The position numbers and the translations under genes were made by a program. A DNA stretch of 64,000 nucleotides, taken from Candidatus Sericytochromatia bacterium (lineage in GTDB: Bacteria; Cyanobacteriota; Sericytochromatia; S15B-MN24; VGJW01). This document shows, one piece after another, positions 18,577 through 29,812 of this stretch. Under the pieces are notes generated by a model. The model saw only the letters and a program-made list of their open reading frames with translations, had not been told where the DNA came from and ran no database searches. The stretch's first letter is position 1. Each line of letters starts with the position of its first letter. The stretch is from the NCBI GenBank assembly GCA_035285595.1, contig JAYKGV010000004.1, forward strand, positions 3,327 through 67,326. The letters run 5' to 3'.

Positions 18577-20903
18577 ATGGAACGCCGCGAATTCCTGAAG
18601 CTCTCGGGGCTGGCCGGTACGGCCTTGGTCCTGGGGGGCTGCGAGGACTACAACTCCCAGCTGGTCGCCTATGTCGATCGGCCCATTTCCCTGGAGCCTG
18701 GTGAAGGTAACCATTTCGCCACGACGTGCGACATGTGCGCGTCGGGGTGTGCGGTTTCAGTCCGCGTGGTCGAGGGGCGCACCGTGAAGGTCGAGGGGCT
18801 CGAGGGTCACCCGCTGAGCCGCGGGGGGCTTTGTGCCCTGGGTCAGGCAGGCGTGCAGCATCAGTACCACCCCGATCGCTTCCGCGGGCCTGATCTTCGT
18901 TCCAAGGCGGGCGAGGTGAGCGCCGATTACCTCAAGCTCAAGATGTTGGGCGACGAGGCGTTCCGCGCCATGAAGCGCCCGACGACGGTGGGTGAAAACT
19001 TCAAGGTGGGGATCACCAGCTTTGCCGCGCCTGACTTTGCGCTCGCTGATGCTAAGTGGGCTGAGACCCGCAAACTCGGTGGCGAACTTTGGACCGCTGC
19101 GGCGGACCGGCTTGGCAAGGTCCTGTCCGAGGCGGGCGCCGGCGCCGTGATCGTGCTGGGTCCGCAGGTCCGTGGACATCGCTACCAGCTGGTGGCTCAG
19201 GCGGCCAAGGCCTTCGGGGCGCCCGCCCCGGTCATCGTCGAGCCCTTTGGCTACGAGGTGCTGCGGGCGGCGAATCAAGCGGTTTACGGCCGTCCCGACA
19301 TGCCGTACGTCGATTTGGCCAACACCGAGCTGGCCCTGTGCTTTGGTGAGGAGCCGTTCACGACGGGGCCGGCCCCCACGCTCTACAACTGGGGCTTCGG
19401 GGAGATGCGTCGTGGCCGCGAGTTGGTTCGCGGGCTGTTCGTGGTCGTCAGTACCCGGATGGGCGAGGCGGCTGCTATCGCGGATCTCTGGATTCCGGTC
19501 CGTCCGGGAACGCATGGGGTCATTGCCCAGTTGGCTCTCCATGCCATGGGCAAGGGTGGTGTGACGGTCGCCGAAGCCCACGAGAAGACGGGTGCGCCCG
19601 TCGAGCGGCTTGAAAAGTTCGTGCGTTGGGTCTCCCAGATTGACACCAAGGTGGCCTTCGGAGGCGGTGAAGTGCTCGGGCACACCAATGCCGTCGAGAC
19701 GCTGACATTGGTCAATGGTTTGAACGTGGCGGCAGGCATGGTCGGACGCAAGGGTGGCATCCTTCCTGCGGCGCCCGCGCCCATCACCGGCATGGCTCCG
19801 CCGGCTCCCTTGAGCTTCAAGCAGCTCCTGGGCCTGGTCGACCAGATGAAGGCGGGCAAGGTCAAGGCCTTGGTGGCGATCGGCGTCGACCTGTTCATGG
19901 CCTTGCCGGGCTCGGCAGGCCTTGAAGATGCTCTCAAGTCCGTGCCTGAAGTGGTCTCGTTCGCCACGGTGCCGGATGATACCGCCGCGCTCGCGACGAT
20001 GGTCCTTCCGGACAGCACGTTCCTCGAGCGCTGGGGAGACGCCACGCCGTCCGTGGGGTCGGGCTCTTCGGTCGCCACGCTGATGCAGCCTCTGGTCGTG
20101 CCGTTTTTCGAGACCCGTTCGGCCGAGGATGTTCTGATTGCCGCTTCCAAGGCAGCCGGCAAGGATCTGGGCTTCCCTTCGGCCGAAGCTTACTTCAAGG
20201 CCAAGTGGGCCGGTGTGGCGAATGATAGCCAGGTCCCCGGAGCCCAGAGTGCCTGGAAGAAGGCCCTGCGCAACGGTGGCATCCACAAGCCCGCCCTGGG
20301 GGCGCCCCTGGCGGCCAAGATGCCCCCGGCCAACCTTGCGGCCCCCAAGTTCGAAGGCGACGACAATGAGTTTCCCTTCGTGTTGCAGCCTGTCAAGTCG
20401 GTGAAGTATCGCGAAGGCCAGGCGGCCCACCTGCCTTGGTTGCAGGAGATGGCTGATCCCATGTCCGCTGCGGCGTGGGGTGGTTGGCTCGAGCTGAACC
20501 CTCACACGATGGAGAAGTTGGGCGTGGCCCAGTACGACGAAGTCCTCGTCAAGAGCCCCTTTGGTGAAGTCAAGGTCGGCGTCGTGCCTTATCCTGGCTT
20601 GCCTGAGGATGTCGTCGGGATGCCGTTGAACTTCAGTCGAAACCATGGCACGCGTTACGACAGCGTCGAGGGTGGCAGCACCTGGGAAGCCACGATGAAG
20701 AAGGATCCCGGTCGCGGTCAGGATGCCCGTGCCCTGCTCGGTGCCAAGGCCGAGCCAGTGGCCGGTGGTCTGGCCTGGGGTTCGGTTCGCGTCTCGGTGA
20801 CGCCGACCGGTGCCAAGTCCAAGCGTCTCGTGCTGGTGTCCAAGAGCATCCAGCCGCAGGAATCGCCCGCGGTCCCCGCGCGCGTTGAGCAGGAGTTCAA
20901 GGT

Positions 20904-20919
<16 letters not shown>
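18577..20919 (+). CDS. Molybdopterin-oxidoreductase-fold subunit (ActB1/QrcB-like), Tat lipoprotein
   Basis: MERREFLK Tat signal plus LVLGGC lipobox; CDMCASGC...KVEG..HP...GLC; WLQEMADP. Confidence 0.85.
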
Positions 20920-21682
<763 letters not shown>

Positions 21683-21686
<4 letters not shown>

Positions 21687-23053
21687 AGCTGCATCCTCCT
21701 CTCGTCCACGGTGACGACAAGATCAACCGGGACATCCTTCGGCCGTTGTTCGAGACCAGCTGGCGCTGGTGGGCGCTGTTCAGTCTCTGCCTCGTCGGTT
21801 TCGGCGGGGGGTTCGTGACCTGGATGTGGATGCTGGGTGCAGGCATGTGGGTGACGGGTCTCCATCGGCCGGTCATGTGGGGCGTCTTCATCGCCAACTT
21901 CGTGTTCTGGGTGGGCCTGTCTCACTCCGGTACGTTGATTTCCGCCATCCTGCGGTTGGCGAAGGCGGATTGGCGCAGACCCATCACCCGGGCCGCCGAG
22001 GCGATGACGGTCTTCACCGTGTTGATGGCCGCCCAGTTTCCGCTCATTCACCTGGGCCGGACCTGGTTCTTCTACTACATCATCCCTTATGTGAACCAGC
22101 GCGAGATGTGGGGTAACTTCCGCTCGCCATTGGCTTGGGACTTGATGGCCATTCTCACGTATCTGTCGGGGTCGCTCATCTACCTTTACCTGCCGACGGT
22201 GCCGGATTTCGCCATCGCTCGCGACTATGCCACGACTCCCATCCGGAAGAAGCTCTTCACGATGCTGGCCCTCGGCTGGCGCGGGACGCGCAAGGAGTGG
22301 CACCGGATGAATCTCGCCATCTTGATGCTGGCGGTTCTTGTCCTGCCCGTTGCGGTGTCGGTGCATACCATCGTGTCCTGGGACTTCGCGATGGCGCTCA
22401 CGCCTCAGTGGCATACGACGATCTTCGGACCGTACTTCGTGCTCGGGGCCATCTACTCGGGCATGGCGTTGGTCGTGACGCTGACGGTGCTGATTCGTTG
22501 GGCTTTCAAGTGGGAGGATTACATCACGCCCTTCCACCTCGACAAGCTGAGCAAGATCATGTTGGTCGCGGCCATTCTATGGACGTATCTGTGGGCAGGT
22601 GACTACCTGATTACTTGGTATGGCCGTCTGCCCGAGGAGAAGGTCATTCTCGACATCAAGAACGGTGGTCCCTTCTTCTGGCATCAGCTGACGATGATGT
22701 TGGCCAACACGATCGTCGCGATTCCTTTGCTGGCCTTCAAGAAGGTGCGGACCAGTCCTTGGGCGCTCATGTTCATCACCGTTTTCATCAACGTCGGCAT
22801 GTGGCTCGAGCGGTACCTGATTGCGGTGCCCAGCCTCGTTCAGAAGGGGCCATCCTATACCTGGACGACGTATTCACCGACTTGGGTCGAGTTGATGATG
22901 AGCATCTATCCCTTCGCGGGCTTCGTGATGCTGTACGTCTTGTTCGTCAAGATGGCGCCCTTCATCTCGATCTGGGAGATCCGCGAGGATCGCGTGGCCG
23001 AAGCCTACAAGTCGATGGGGCAGGCCAAGCTGCGGGCCATCGTGGCGGAGTAG
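21683..23053 (+). CDS. actC: NrfD/PsrC-family quinol-binding membrane subunit ActC
   Basis: NFVFWVGLSHSGTLISAIL, RAAEAMT, IHLGR, NFRSPLAWD, SVHTIVSWDFA, GMWLER. Confidence 0.92.
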
Positions 23054-23062
23054 GAGAGAACC

Positions 23063-23575
23063 ATGGCCGATACGTACGTCCTGGCCCGCTATCGCGAGGT
23101 CGATCCTGCCGCCGCAGGTATCCAGCGTCTGCTGGGCGCCAGCGTCAAGCCCGAGGACATCGATGTGATGACCGGGGTGCCCTACCCGGAGGAGGTCTGG
23201 GGCCTGCCCGAGAGCAAGAGCAACATCCGCAAGGTGGCAGCCATGTTCTGGGTGATCGGAGCCATCTGTGGTTTCACGCTGGCAGCCGGTACCGCGTGGC
23301 TTTACCCGTTGCCGACGGGGGGCAAGCCCATCGTCTCGCTGCCCACCGCTGCAGTCATTGTCTATGAGATGTCCATGCTGATGGGCATCTTCTCGGTGGC
23401 CGCCGCGATGCTGATCGAAAGCAAGCTGCCCAACTTCAAGAAGCTGCCCTATCATCCCGCCGTTTCGGATGGACACGTGGTCCTGTCGGTGCGTTGCATC
23501 GACGAGAGCTCGGCCGCCAAGGTGGATGAGGTGCTCAAGGGCAGCAACGCCGATGAGGTCCTTCGTCATGTCTAG
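23063..23575 (+). CDS. actD: ACIII subunit ActD (DUF3341-like)
   Basis: Two TMs around YPLPTGGKP...IVYE; follows actC. Confidence 0.82.
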   Translation: MADTYVLARYREVDPAAAGIQRLLGASVKPEDIDVMTGVPYPEEVWGLPESKSNIRKVAAMFWVIGAICGFTLAAGTAWLYPLPTGGKPIVSLPTAAVIVYEMSMLMGIFSVAAAMLIESKLPNFKKLPYHPAVSDGHVVLSVRCIDESSAAKVDEVLKGSNADEVLRHV

Positions 23576-24089
23576 TCGTCCTCAGAAGAATCTGTTCCCT
23601 ACCTTCGCGGCTGTCCTGCCTGTCGCCTTGGCCGTGATGGGTTGCCAGGGGCAGATGCGTGACCAGATCAGCTTCCGTGCTCAGGAGAGCCCGCTGCCGA
23701 TTCCTGCCTCGGCCGTTGCGCAGAATGATGAGGAAGTCAACTTGGACTATCCCATGGATATCCAAGGCGGGCCGGTCAATCCCTACAGCAACCCTACCAA
23801 GGAATTGTTGACGCTCGGCAAGCGCAAGTACGAAGCTCAGTGTGGTTCTTGTCATGGGCTCGGAGGCAACGGTGATGGCAAGGTGGGCAATGCCTTGCTC
23901 ATCCCTCCGTTCAACCTGCAGCAGCCGATGTACAAGGCCATGTCGGAAGGGCAGTGGTACTTGCGGGTGACGAACGGACATCCTTTCGGTCCCGGAATCG
24001 ATCCCATCATGCCGAAGTATCAAAAGAAGTTGACCATCAAGGAGCGCTGGGCGCTTGTCAGCTACGTCAAGCGTGAGCTGTTGAAGTAG
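23568..24089 (+). CDS. actE: Monoheme cytochrome c lipoprotein ActE
   Basis: Lipobox VMGC, MRDQ, CGSCHG..G.GDG, MPKY...ERWALVSYV. Confidence 0.85.
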   Translation: MSSRPQKNLFPTFAAVLPVALAVMGCQGQMRDQISFRAQESPLPIPASAVAQNDEEVNLDYPMDIQGGPVNPYSNPTKELLTLGKRKYEAQCGSCHGLGGNGDGKVGNALLIPPFNLQQPMYKAMSEGQWYLRVTNGHPFGPGIDPIMPKYQKKLTIKERWALVSYVKRELLK

Positions 24090-24105
24090 CCCGTCTCAGA
24101 TCCTT

Positions 24106-24132
24106 CGCCCCCGCCTGTAGCAGGTGGGGGCG
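24106..24132 (+). terminator. Terminator-like hairpin after the ACIII operon
   Basis: CGCCCCCGCCTG-TAG-CAGGTGGGGGCG followed by TTGATGCTTTT. Confidence 0.65.
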
Positions 24133-24227
24133 TTGATGCTTTTGAGATCGCCGGAGTATCTTGCTTATTTTTGCTTGTCATGCGGTATGATGCATGCATG
24201 TTGTAAACTTCGTGGCGTCATGCTGGC

Positions 24228-25655
24228 TTGTGGGCCATAGGGCTCTCTCTGGCTGGTTGTGGCGTCCTCGGGCAGGTGGTCTCGACCTTCAGGCCGGTGC
24301 CTGTCGCGCGTTCGGTGGCGCAGCGTTCGTCTGTCGCGGTGGCCGCAGGTCCACAGGCGTTGGGCTTGGCGACGCTGCAGGTCATGGGTGAACGTCTGGC
24401 TCCACGGGTCAAGGTGGACGGGCGGTCCCTCCAGGGTCTTGATCTGGCGCAGGTGGCATCGGTTAGGGTGACTGTCCGTGGACACGGGCAGCCCGAGCTG
24501 CCTCCGGTCACGGGGCCCGTGGTAGATGGTGCGTTTTCAGTTGCCTTGGGGGGCCTGACTCCGGGACCCAGGCGGTTGGTTGAGGCGGTGGGTCTGGACC
24601 ATGAGGGTCGTGAAGTGCCCGGTGCCGTGCTCGCTGCTCTCGTGGATGTGACGCGGGGCGCGGGTTCGGTTGTGTTGTCGTGGGCAAGTACCCCATTGGC
24701 GAGGACACTGGCCGAAGTCTATCGGCTTGACCTGGCTGAGGGACGGCAGCGCCTCTCCCTGCTTGATGTGGATCTCGTCCGGCAGTGGATTGACACAGCG
24801 CTTGCGGAAGCCGGCGGTCTACATGGGGCCTTCGTGGACCATCTGGCGCTCGCGGAGCGTTTGTGGGCGTCTGACATGGCCACGCTCAGGTCGCAGCCGC
24901 CGCAGGTTGTCCTGCATCGGCCGTCCACGCTGGTATTGGGCGTCCGCGGCCTGGGTGCGGGTGAAGAGCTGCTGGTGCGTGTCCATGATCCGGCCAGCTT
25001 GCCCTTCGCGGGCATGGACAACGGCGCCTTTGCCCTGGGACCTATTCTCCCCGGGACTTGGCGTGTGTGGCTGCGCGCTCCGGGACGACCTGACAAGGTG
25101 GTCGGGGTGCCCTTCTCTCCCGGGTCCTCCGTGTCGATGGAAGTAGACCTGACGATGGCGGGCGCTACGGGTGGTAGCTTTGCGGGGCCGTCCGGGTCAC
25201 AGACCCCTGTACCTGTTCCTTATCCCTCGAACTTCGACTGGTCGGCGTGGCAAGTAGCGACCCCCATCCCTGTCGGGACCCTGCCGCCGGGGTCAGGTGC
25301 GACCCCCGTGCCGGGTAGCTCGCCTTACCCGTATGTGACCCCGACACCCTACGCCCCTTGGGGACCCACGCCTTTCCCGACCCCTTACCCCGGGTTCTGG
25401 AGCCCCTCGCCGACGCCGACGCCTTTTGCGGTGCAGCCGCCAGGTGAGGGGGGTGTGACCCCGACGCCCTTCGCGCCTTATAGCCCGTATCCGAGCCCTA
25501 CTCCGTTTGCGGTGCAGCCGCCGGGCGAGGGGGGAGCGACTCCTACACCGTTGCCGACGGCGATCCCTGTCCAGCCGCCGAGCCCCGTGATGACACCGTC
25601 GCCTGCCCCCTCCGGCAATTCGACCATGACGATCAAGGTACGTTTTGATGAATGA
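24228..25655 (+). CDS. Lipoprotein with Ig-like domains and Pro/Thr-rich linker
   Basis: Lipobox LAGC; long PTPTP-rich region; start codon uncertain. Confidence 0.7.
   Translation: MWAIGLSLAGCGVLGQVVSTFRPVPVARSVAQRSSVAVAAGPQALGLATLQVMGERLAPRVKVDGRSLQGLDLAQVASVRVTVRGHGQPELPPVTGPVVDGAFSVALGGLTPGPRRLVEAVGLDHEGREVPGAVLAALVDVTRGAGSVVLSWASTPLARTLAEVYRLDLAEGRQRLSLLDVDLVRQWIDTALAEAGGLHGAFVDHLALAERLWASDMATLRSQPPQVVLHRPSTLVLGVRGLGAGEELLVRVHDPASLPFAGMDNGAFALGPILPGTWRVWLRAPGRPDKVVGVPFSPGSSVSMEVDLTMAGATGGSFAGPSGSQTPVPVPYPSNFDWSAWQVATPIPVGTLPPGSGATPVPGSSPYPYVTPTPYAPWGPTPFPTPYPGFWSPSPTPTPFAVQPPGEGGVTPTPFAPYSPYPSPTPFAVQPPGEGGATPTPLPTAIPVQPPSPVMTPSPAPSGNSTMTIKVRFDE
25416..25550 (+). repeat. Intragenic direct repeat encoding PTPFAVQPPGEGG(V/A)TPTP x2
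   Basis: TTTGCGGTGCAGCCGCC(A/G)GG(T/C)GAGGGGGG occurs twice, 81 bp apart. Confidence 0.8.
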
Positions 25656-27240
25656 CATGCGACTGCTTCCTGCCCGCTTGCTGGCAGCCGGCCTTGCGGG
25701 GACGGTGGTGACGAGCGTTCTGACGGCTTGTCAGGTCCCGGCGGAGATCGAGTTGCCGACGCGCATGCCGGTGGCTGCGGGCGAAAGTTTTGCGTCGGCT
25801 TATGGCCAGTCCAAGCCTCAGCAGGTGGATTTCATCGCACCCGGCAAGCCCGTTCGTCTGGCGGTGGGCAAGGCTGCGGTGACGGTGCTGGTGAGCCTGC
25901 CCGGGGGCAAGTCAGAGGCCAGCGATCGTGGCGTGCAGGCCATCCCCTTTCAGAACATTCGGCGCGTGGACCTGGAGGTGAAGGGCGAGAACCTCGAGGC
26001 GCCGCTGACGACCAGCGTGGAGATTTCGGGCGGCAGCTCGGCGGCTGGGACCATCATCTTGCCGGCGGGCCGCAACCAGATCATCACGGCTACGGGCCGG
26101 GACGCCGCCGGTCAAGTGATTGCGACGGTCAAGGCCGCGGCCACGTCTCAGGCAGGGAAGGTCAGCGAAGTCGTGGTGCGTTACGGCAGCACGCCCGCGG
26201 CAGAGATTCTCGAAGCCTTGCCGGCTGACGTGGTGCCGCGCATCAACCTGACGGCACTGCAGAACGCAATCGAGGATGTGACCCGCCCCAGCGGAACGCC
26301 CGCCAGCTACGTGACGCATCCGATGCTGGTGCGTAAATCGGTTTTCATCGACGCCATCAAGGCCCAGCTGGAGGCGGGCATGACGCCCGAACAGATTGAT
26401 GGGGCCGTGTTGGCCGCGGCGCTTTATGGCAAGAGCAAGAAGATCGAGATGGGTGCCGTGACGGTCTCGGTGGTGGATGTGAATGGGGATGTGAGGCCAT
26501 TTAGATATGAATACGGCTATGCTGATTATTATCTGGTGAACTGGGGCGGTTCTCGGCTGAATCGGCGTTCCTATATCGGTTTGCATTCACAGGGAACTCG
26601 CATCCGACTTGGCACTCCCTTGTCGCCGGAGTCTGAGTGGATCGATGGGGCCACGACCCGTTCTTTCCCTACCGAACCCGGCGAGTGGAGCCTGAATCTG
26701 GAACCCGGGGTCTCGCTCCTCCCGTGGGTACGGATCCTGCCTCCGGCGACCTCCAGTGTCTTCGATGGCGCCAATGTCAAGGTTCAGGAGGGCGAGAATG
26801 TTCGCCTTGTCTGGCGCGACCACGACATGTCTCAACCGGTGCTGTCGGGTACTGGGCAGGCCACCTTCTCGTCGACGCCTTATCGTGATCGTATCTGGGA
26901 TGATCCGACGAGCGGCGAGTTCTGGCGCGTGACGACGGCGGACAGCACGATTTTCAGGCTCCATCACTTCAATTCCGTCTATACGGAGTATGGCTGCATC
27001 GGCAACATGTGCAGAGAGGATGAGACTTTGGGCCGCAAGTCGGCCGTCCGCGTCTTCCGGGCCGATGGCACCCAGATTCTGGGCGCGGACGCGGCCAGCG
27101 GCTCGTTCCTGTATGCCAGCGAAAAGGCCGAGACGCTCTACATCTGGACGCGGTTTGCCCGGACGGATGCCACGGTCTCCGTGACTCCGCTCAGCTCTGC
27201 GGAAGCCATTTCCACCACCAAGGTCGACTTCAACCAATGA
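25645..27240 (+). CDS. Lipoprotein, N-terminal domain paralogous to the upstream lipoprotein
   Basis: Lipobox LTAC; shared segment (V.L.V.G...P...L.AG....I.A.G.D..G...ST P...L). Confidence 0.75.
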   Translation: MMNDMRLLPARLLAAGLAGTVVTSVLTACQVPAEIELPTRMPVAAGESFASAYGQSKPQQVDFIAPGKPVRLAVGKAAVTVLVSLPGGKSEASDRGVQAIPFQNIRRVDLEVKGENLEAPLTTSVEISGGSSAAGTIILPAGRNQIITATGRDAAGQVIATVKAAATSQAGKVSEVVVRYGSTPAAEILEALPADVVPRINLTALQNAIEDVTRPSGTPASYVTHPMLVRKSVFIDAIKAQLEAGMTPEQIDGAVLAAALYGKSKKIEMGAVTVSVVDVNGDVRPFRYEYGYADYYLVNWGGSRLNRRSYIGLHSQGTRIRLGTPLSPESEWIDGATTRSFPTEPGEWSLNLEPGVSLLPWVRILPPATSSVFDGANVKVQEGENVRLVWRDHDMSQPVLSGTGQATFSSTPYRDRIWDDPTSGEFWRVTTADSTIFRLHHFNSVYTEYGCIGNMCREDETLGRKSAVRVFRADGTQILGADAASGSFLYASEKAETLYIWTRFARTDATVSVTPLSSAEAISTTKVDFNQ

Positions 27241-28664
27241 GCCTTCGGGCCCCGTGGGGTCCAGCCTGTCGTGGGGTTGCCGGGCTGCTGCTGGCGGCTT
27301 CTCTCTCTTCGTGTGCCTCGCTGACGACGTGGGTGCGCGAGCAGGGTCCCGAGCCGGCCCGCTTCCGGGTGGAAGAGCGTCCGGATGGCTATCAGGTGGT
27401 GGTCGTCCCGGGGCAGGGGCCGGAGGATCATGCCCTTCCTGCCTGGCTGGGATGGGGCGTGCCGTTGGCGGAAGCTTGGGTAGGGGGCAATGCCGTACTG
27501 GCGGCCGTCCCTTGGGGTCACGCGCTCGATGCCCTGGCGGGGGGCGTGCTGGGGGGGCTGGGGCTTGTGGGACTCGATCTCGTAGGACAGCAGCTGATCC
27601 GAGCGTGGCGGCCGCAGCGTGCGGGGGATCCTCTTCCCAGTGAGGCCTGGGTATCGGGAGGCTTCGGGTGGCGGGCGCGGCGGCTCGTGCCGGATGCCTC
27701 GGGGCGGCTGGTGGCGGACTTGCCACTTTTCGCTCACGAGGTGACCGAGGACCTTGCCGTGTGGCTCGTCCGGGATCGTCAGGCCTTGGCGTGGCAGGCC
27801 CTGACACGCCAGAGCCCCTTGCCGTCCCGCGATCCGACGCAGCTGCCGGTTTTGCGGATGGCATGGGTGCCGCCGGCGGTCAGAGGGCTCGGCTGGCATC
27901 TTCGACAGGAGACCAGGCCGTGGCAACTCGAGGTTGATCCCGGAGCTCGGGTCTCCTTGGCGCTGGACGTCGCAAATGTAGGCCCGGCAAGGTCCATGGA
28001 CCTCGAGGTCGTGCCCGACGTCTTGTCTGCTCCCGGCCAGTCGGCCACGACTTCGGTGGATTTGCCCACGTGGCTGGTGCTGTCCCCGGGACGTATCGAG
28101 AGTCTCGATTCCGCGGCAGAATGGCGTTGTCCCGTGGAGGTGACCGTACCGGACGATGCCGTGCCCGGGATCTACCTCCTGCGGCTGCGGGCGCGTGAGG
28201 TTGCCGGTGTGGCCAGTGCTCCCCTGGGCCTCACGGTTCGGGTCCGGCCGCCGGTGCTCGACAGGATCCAGCTCGCCATGCCCGAAGTCGAAGTCCTTCC
28301 TTCGGGAGCTGGAGCGGAGCCAGAAGCCGCCTCGGGACCTGCAGGCGGCCAGCTTGAGGGCCGTCAGCGCACGCTGGCCTTCACGATGGGGCTGGTGGCA
28401 CCGGAAGAGGTCGATGTGCCGGACCTGACCTTCAAGGTGAGATCCGTGGACCCCCGCGTGCTTGTGCTCGATCCGTCGCGCGAGGCCTTGCCGGCTACGC
28501 TCAGGGCAGGGCGGACGTTGGCGTTCCGGGGGCATCTGGTGGCGGCGGCCGACGTGCCCCCTGACGAACCCTTGCTGCTCGAGGTCGTGCTGTCTGTCCG
28601 GCAGGGCGAACGTCTCGACTCTCGGAGCGAGGTTGTCGCTCTGCCAGTGCCCGACCTACCCTGA
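27237..28664 (+). CDS. Hypothetical lipoprotein/membrane protein (paralog of 30891-32156)
   Basis: LSSC lipobox; ATGA coupling with the upstream gene; shared VVPG, GNA.LAA and VRS.DP..VL.P motifs. Confidence 0.65.
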   Translation: MSLRAPWGPACRGVAGLLLAASLSSCASLTTWVREQGPEPARFRVEERPDGYQVVVVPGQGPEDHALPAWLGWGVPLAEAWVGGNAVLAAVPWGHALDALAGGVLGGLGLVGLDLVGQQLIRAWRPQRAGDPLPSEAWVSGGFGWRARRLVPDASGRLVADLPLFAHEVTEDLAVWLVRDRQALAWQALTRQSPLPSRDPTQLPVLRMAWVPPAVRGLGWHLRQETRPWQLEVDPGARVSLALDVANVGPARSMDLEVVPDVLSAPGQSATTSVDLPTWLVLSPGRIESLDSAAEWRCPVEVTVPDDAVPGIYLLRLRAREVAGVASAPLGLTVRVRPPVLDRIQLAMPEVEVLPSGAGAEPEAASGPAGGQLEGRQRTLAFTMGLVAPEEVDVPDLTFKVRSVDPRVLVLDPSREALPATLRAGRTLAFRGHLVAAADVPPDEPLLLEVVLSVRQGERLDSRSEVVALPVPDLP

Positions 28665-28720
28665 CGGGGAAGCACCGCTTCTTCGGCGGGGACGGCGATA
28701 TCCCTTGCAGGAGCAGGTAC

Positions 28721-29755
28721 TCAGTAGGCCCCTGCATCACAGACGTCAATCACACCCGGAGTCAGGGTGTGGAGGACGTCGCTGCCCAGTGGCAACCAGG
28801 CGGGTGCCGCAAGGCCGCTCCACCGATGCAGGACTTTGCCCGTGTCGCGCTGCAACAGGGTCACCAAGCCCCGGCTGGCAATCCCCAGCGACCGTCCTCG
28901 CGGCAGGAACGCCACGGAACGAGGTGCCGTGATGCCTGTGCGAAGCTGCTGCACGCGGCCGTCGCCGGCTTCCTGCTCGATCCATACGGTGTCCTCGCCG
29001 GCGAGGGCCCACGCTTTGCCGTCGGGTGCAAAGGCCGGGACGAGGTCATAGGGTAAATCCTCGGGGTAATACTCTGCCGAGGGACTGGCTTCGTCTGCCG
29101 TCTCCGTGAGCAGGACGGCAGGCCCATCCTCCCGGGTCACCAGCAGCCGGTCCCCGCTGGGCGAAGAGGCGCTGGCCAGCCAAGGTCCGTCCCCTGGAGC
29201 CGGCCGCAGCCTCGAGGTCTCGAGGTCCAGCAGCATGATCTGCCTGTCCTGACGCAGCCACAGCGTCCGCAGGCCGAACCATCGGCCCGCATGTGTCACC
29301 GCAAGGCCGGTCCCCACGCTTTGCAGCGCTTCATCATTCTGGGGATCCAACAGAACCACCGTGCCGTCCCCTGCGACGGCGACGAGCTCCTGATTCGTCT
29401 CGCCTACCGACACCACGGTCACGAGGGCCTGGTCCAGATGCCACTCCCGAATCGCCTGACCCGTCTTGCGGTCATGCAAGACGATGGTGCCCTCCTGCAT
29501 GGCTGCAGCGACATGGTCGGGTCCTGCGGCGACCAGGGTGAGCGGCTTGCCTTCGGGCAGCGCCCATTGCTGACGCAACGGTCCGGGCCAGATCGTGTTC
29601 GTCACGAGCCTTGCTCCGTTGAAGGGCTGGATGCTTGGTGTCACGCATCCTGTCGAGGCAAGAGTGAAAGCAAGGCCAATGCTGGCGGTCGTGGCAATCT
29701 TTCGGGTGCGTACGGTCTGACGGCAGGACAGCTGCGGCGATAAGGGCGTTCGCAT
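28721..29755 (-). CDS. WD40-like beta-propeller lipoprotein, copy 1
   Basis: STGC lipobox; SPSGDRLL, AFAPDGKAWALAG, SVAFLP.GRSLG repeats. Confidence 0.75.
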   Translation of the reverse strand: MRTPLSPQLSCRQTVRTRKIATTASIGLAFTLASTGCVTPSIQPFNGARLVTNTIWPGPLRQQWALPEGKPLTLVAAGPDHVAAAMQEGTIVLHDRKTGQAIREWHLDQALVTVVSVGETNQELVAVAGDGTVVLLDPQNDEALQSVGTGLAVTHAGRWFGLRTLWLRQDRQIMLLDLETSRLRPAPGDGPWLASASSPSGDRLLVTREDGPAVLLTETADEASPSAEYYPEDLPYDLVPAFAPDGKAWALAGEDTVWIEQEAGDGRVQQLRTGITAPRSVAFLPRGRSLGIASRGLVTLLQRDTGKVLHRWSGLAAPAWLPLGSDVLHTLTPGVIDVCDAGAY

Positions 29756-29812
29756 GGTTGGAGGGTGTCCGGGCTACGGCGCGGGCTGGCGACGCGAATT
29801 CCAAGTCGCTCG

